Below, one piece after another: positions 63,208 through 64,000 of a stretch of DNA of 64,000 nt (position 1 is the first letter of the stretch; each line of letters starts with the position of its first letter). The position numbers were made by a program, and so were the translations under genes. Origin of the DNA: Octopus sinensis (lineage: Eukaryota); the NCBI RefSeq assembly GCF_006345805.1, contig NC_042999.1:164610001-164674000 (forward strand), given 5' to 3'. A model generated the notes under the pieces. It was not told the DNA's origin. It ran no database searches and worked only from the letters and a program-made list of their open reading frames with translations.

Positions 63208-63880
63208 ATATCATCATCATCATCATTTAACGTCCGCTTTCCATGCTAGCATGGGTTGGACGGTTCAACTGGGGTCTGTGAAGCCAGAAGGCTGCATCAG
63301 GCCCAGTCTGATCTGGCAGTGTTTCTATGGCTGGATGCCCTTCCTAACGCCAACCACTCCGTGAGTGTAGTGGGTGCTTTTTACGTGCCACCCGCACAGG
63401 TGCCAGACGGAGCTGGCAAACAGCCATGGATGGATGGTGCTTTTTACGTGCCACCGGCACGGGGGCCAGGCGAGGCTGGCAACGGCTATATATATATATA
63501 TATATATATATAAAACCATCATTTAATGTCTGCTGTTCATACTGGCATGGGTTGGACAGTTTGACCAGGGCTGGAAAGCTTAGGGGCTGCACTAGACTCC
63601 AGTCTAATTTGGCATGATTTCTGTGGCTGGATGCCTTTCCTAATGCCAACCACCCCGAGAGTGTAATGTATGCTTTTTCATGCCACTGGCACAGGTGTCA
63701 GTTGTGTGACACCAGTATCTGCTATGACTATGATTTCACTTTTCAAAAATAGCATCTTCTTATACATATATATGTGTGTGTGTGTGTATCATCATCATCA
63801 TCATCATTTAACGTCTGTTGTTCATGCTGGCATGGGTTGGATGGTTTGACTGGGGTGGTATGGTGGAAGGCTGCCCCATG
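63208..63880 (-). mobile_element. Three successive RTE 3' tail fragments of different ages
   Basis: Tail motif catcatttaa(c/t)gtc...catg at about 63220, 63517 and 63805. Confidence 0.8.
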
Positions 63881-64000
63881 TGTGTGTGTGTGTATGAAAT
63901 GAGGGTTCATAGGTACCTAACTCCTTTTATGGCAGCTAAAAAAGTAAACAGTTGAAGAAACATTTATATACGCTGGAAAGAGACTGTACAGTAAATATAT

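Overview
AT-rich, microsatellite-dense eukaryotic DNA. The SINE, RTE, Helitron and Penelope-like repeat families look like those of Octopus (inference from repeat content, not a database hit). One protein-coding exon is clearly recognisable: a 109-nt minus-strand exon (16131-16239) encoding the C1B zinc finger of a conventional protein kinase C. The rest of the window is most likely long PKC introns filled with tRNA-derived SINEs, decayed RTE LINEs, a deleted mariner, MITE/fold-back elements, stacked non-autonomous Helitrons and short Penelope-like (PLE) fragments. Main observations: (1) several unrelated PLE-type fragments carry minimal type I hammerhead ribozyme motifs, including a back-to-back canonical pair in a near-perfect palindrome (60117-60410) and an apparently intact G3:C8 core variant (47549-47599); (2) in three of these fragments the inversion axis sits beside the ribozyme motif; (3) a 1.9-kb unit bounded by Helitron termini is duplicated and carries one of these motifs; (4) a 2.3-copy tandem element has inverted tails (5000-6788); (5) there are candidate alternative exons and a CpG-rich candidate promoter inside the presumed intron. 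All alignments and foldings were done by eye, and repeat boundaries are approximate.
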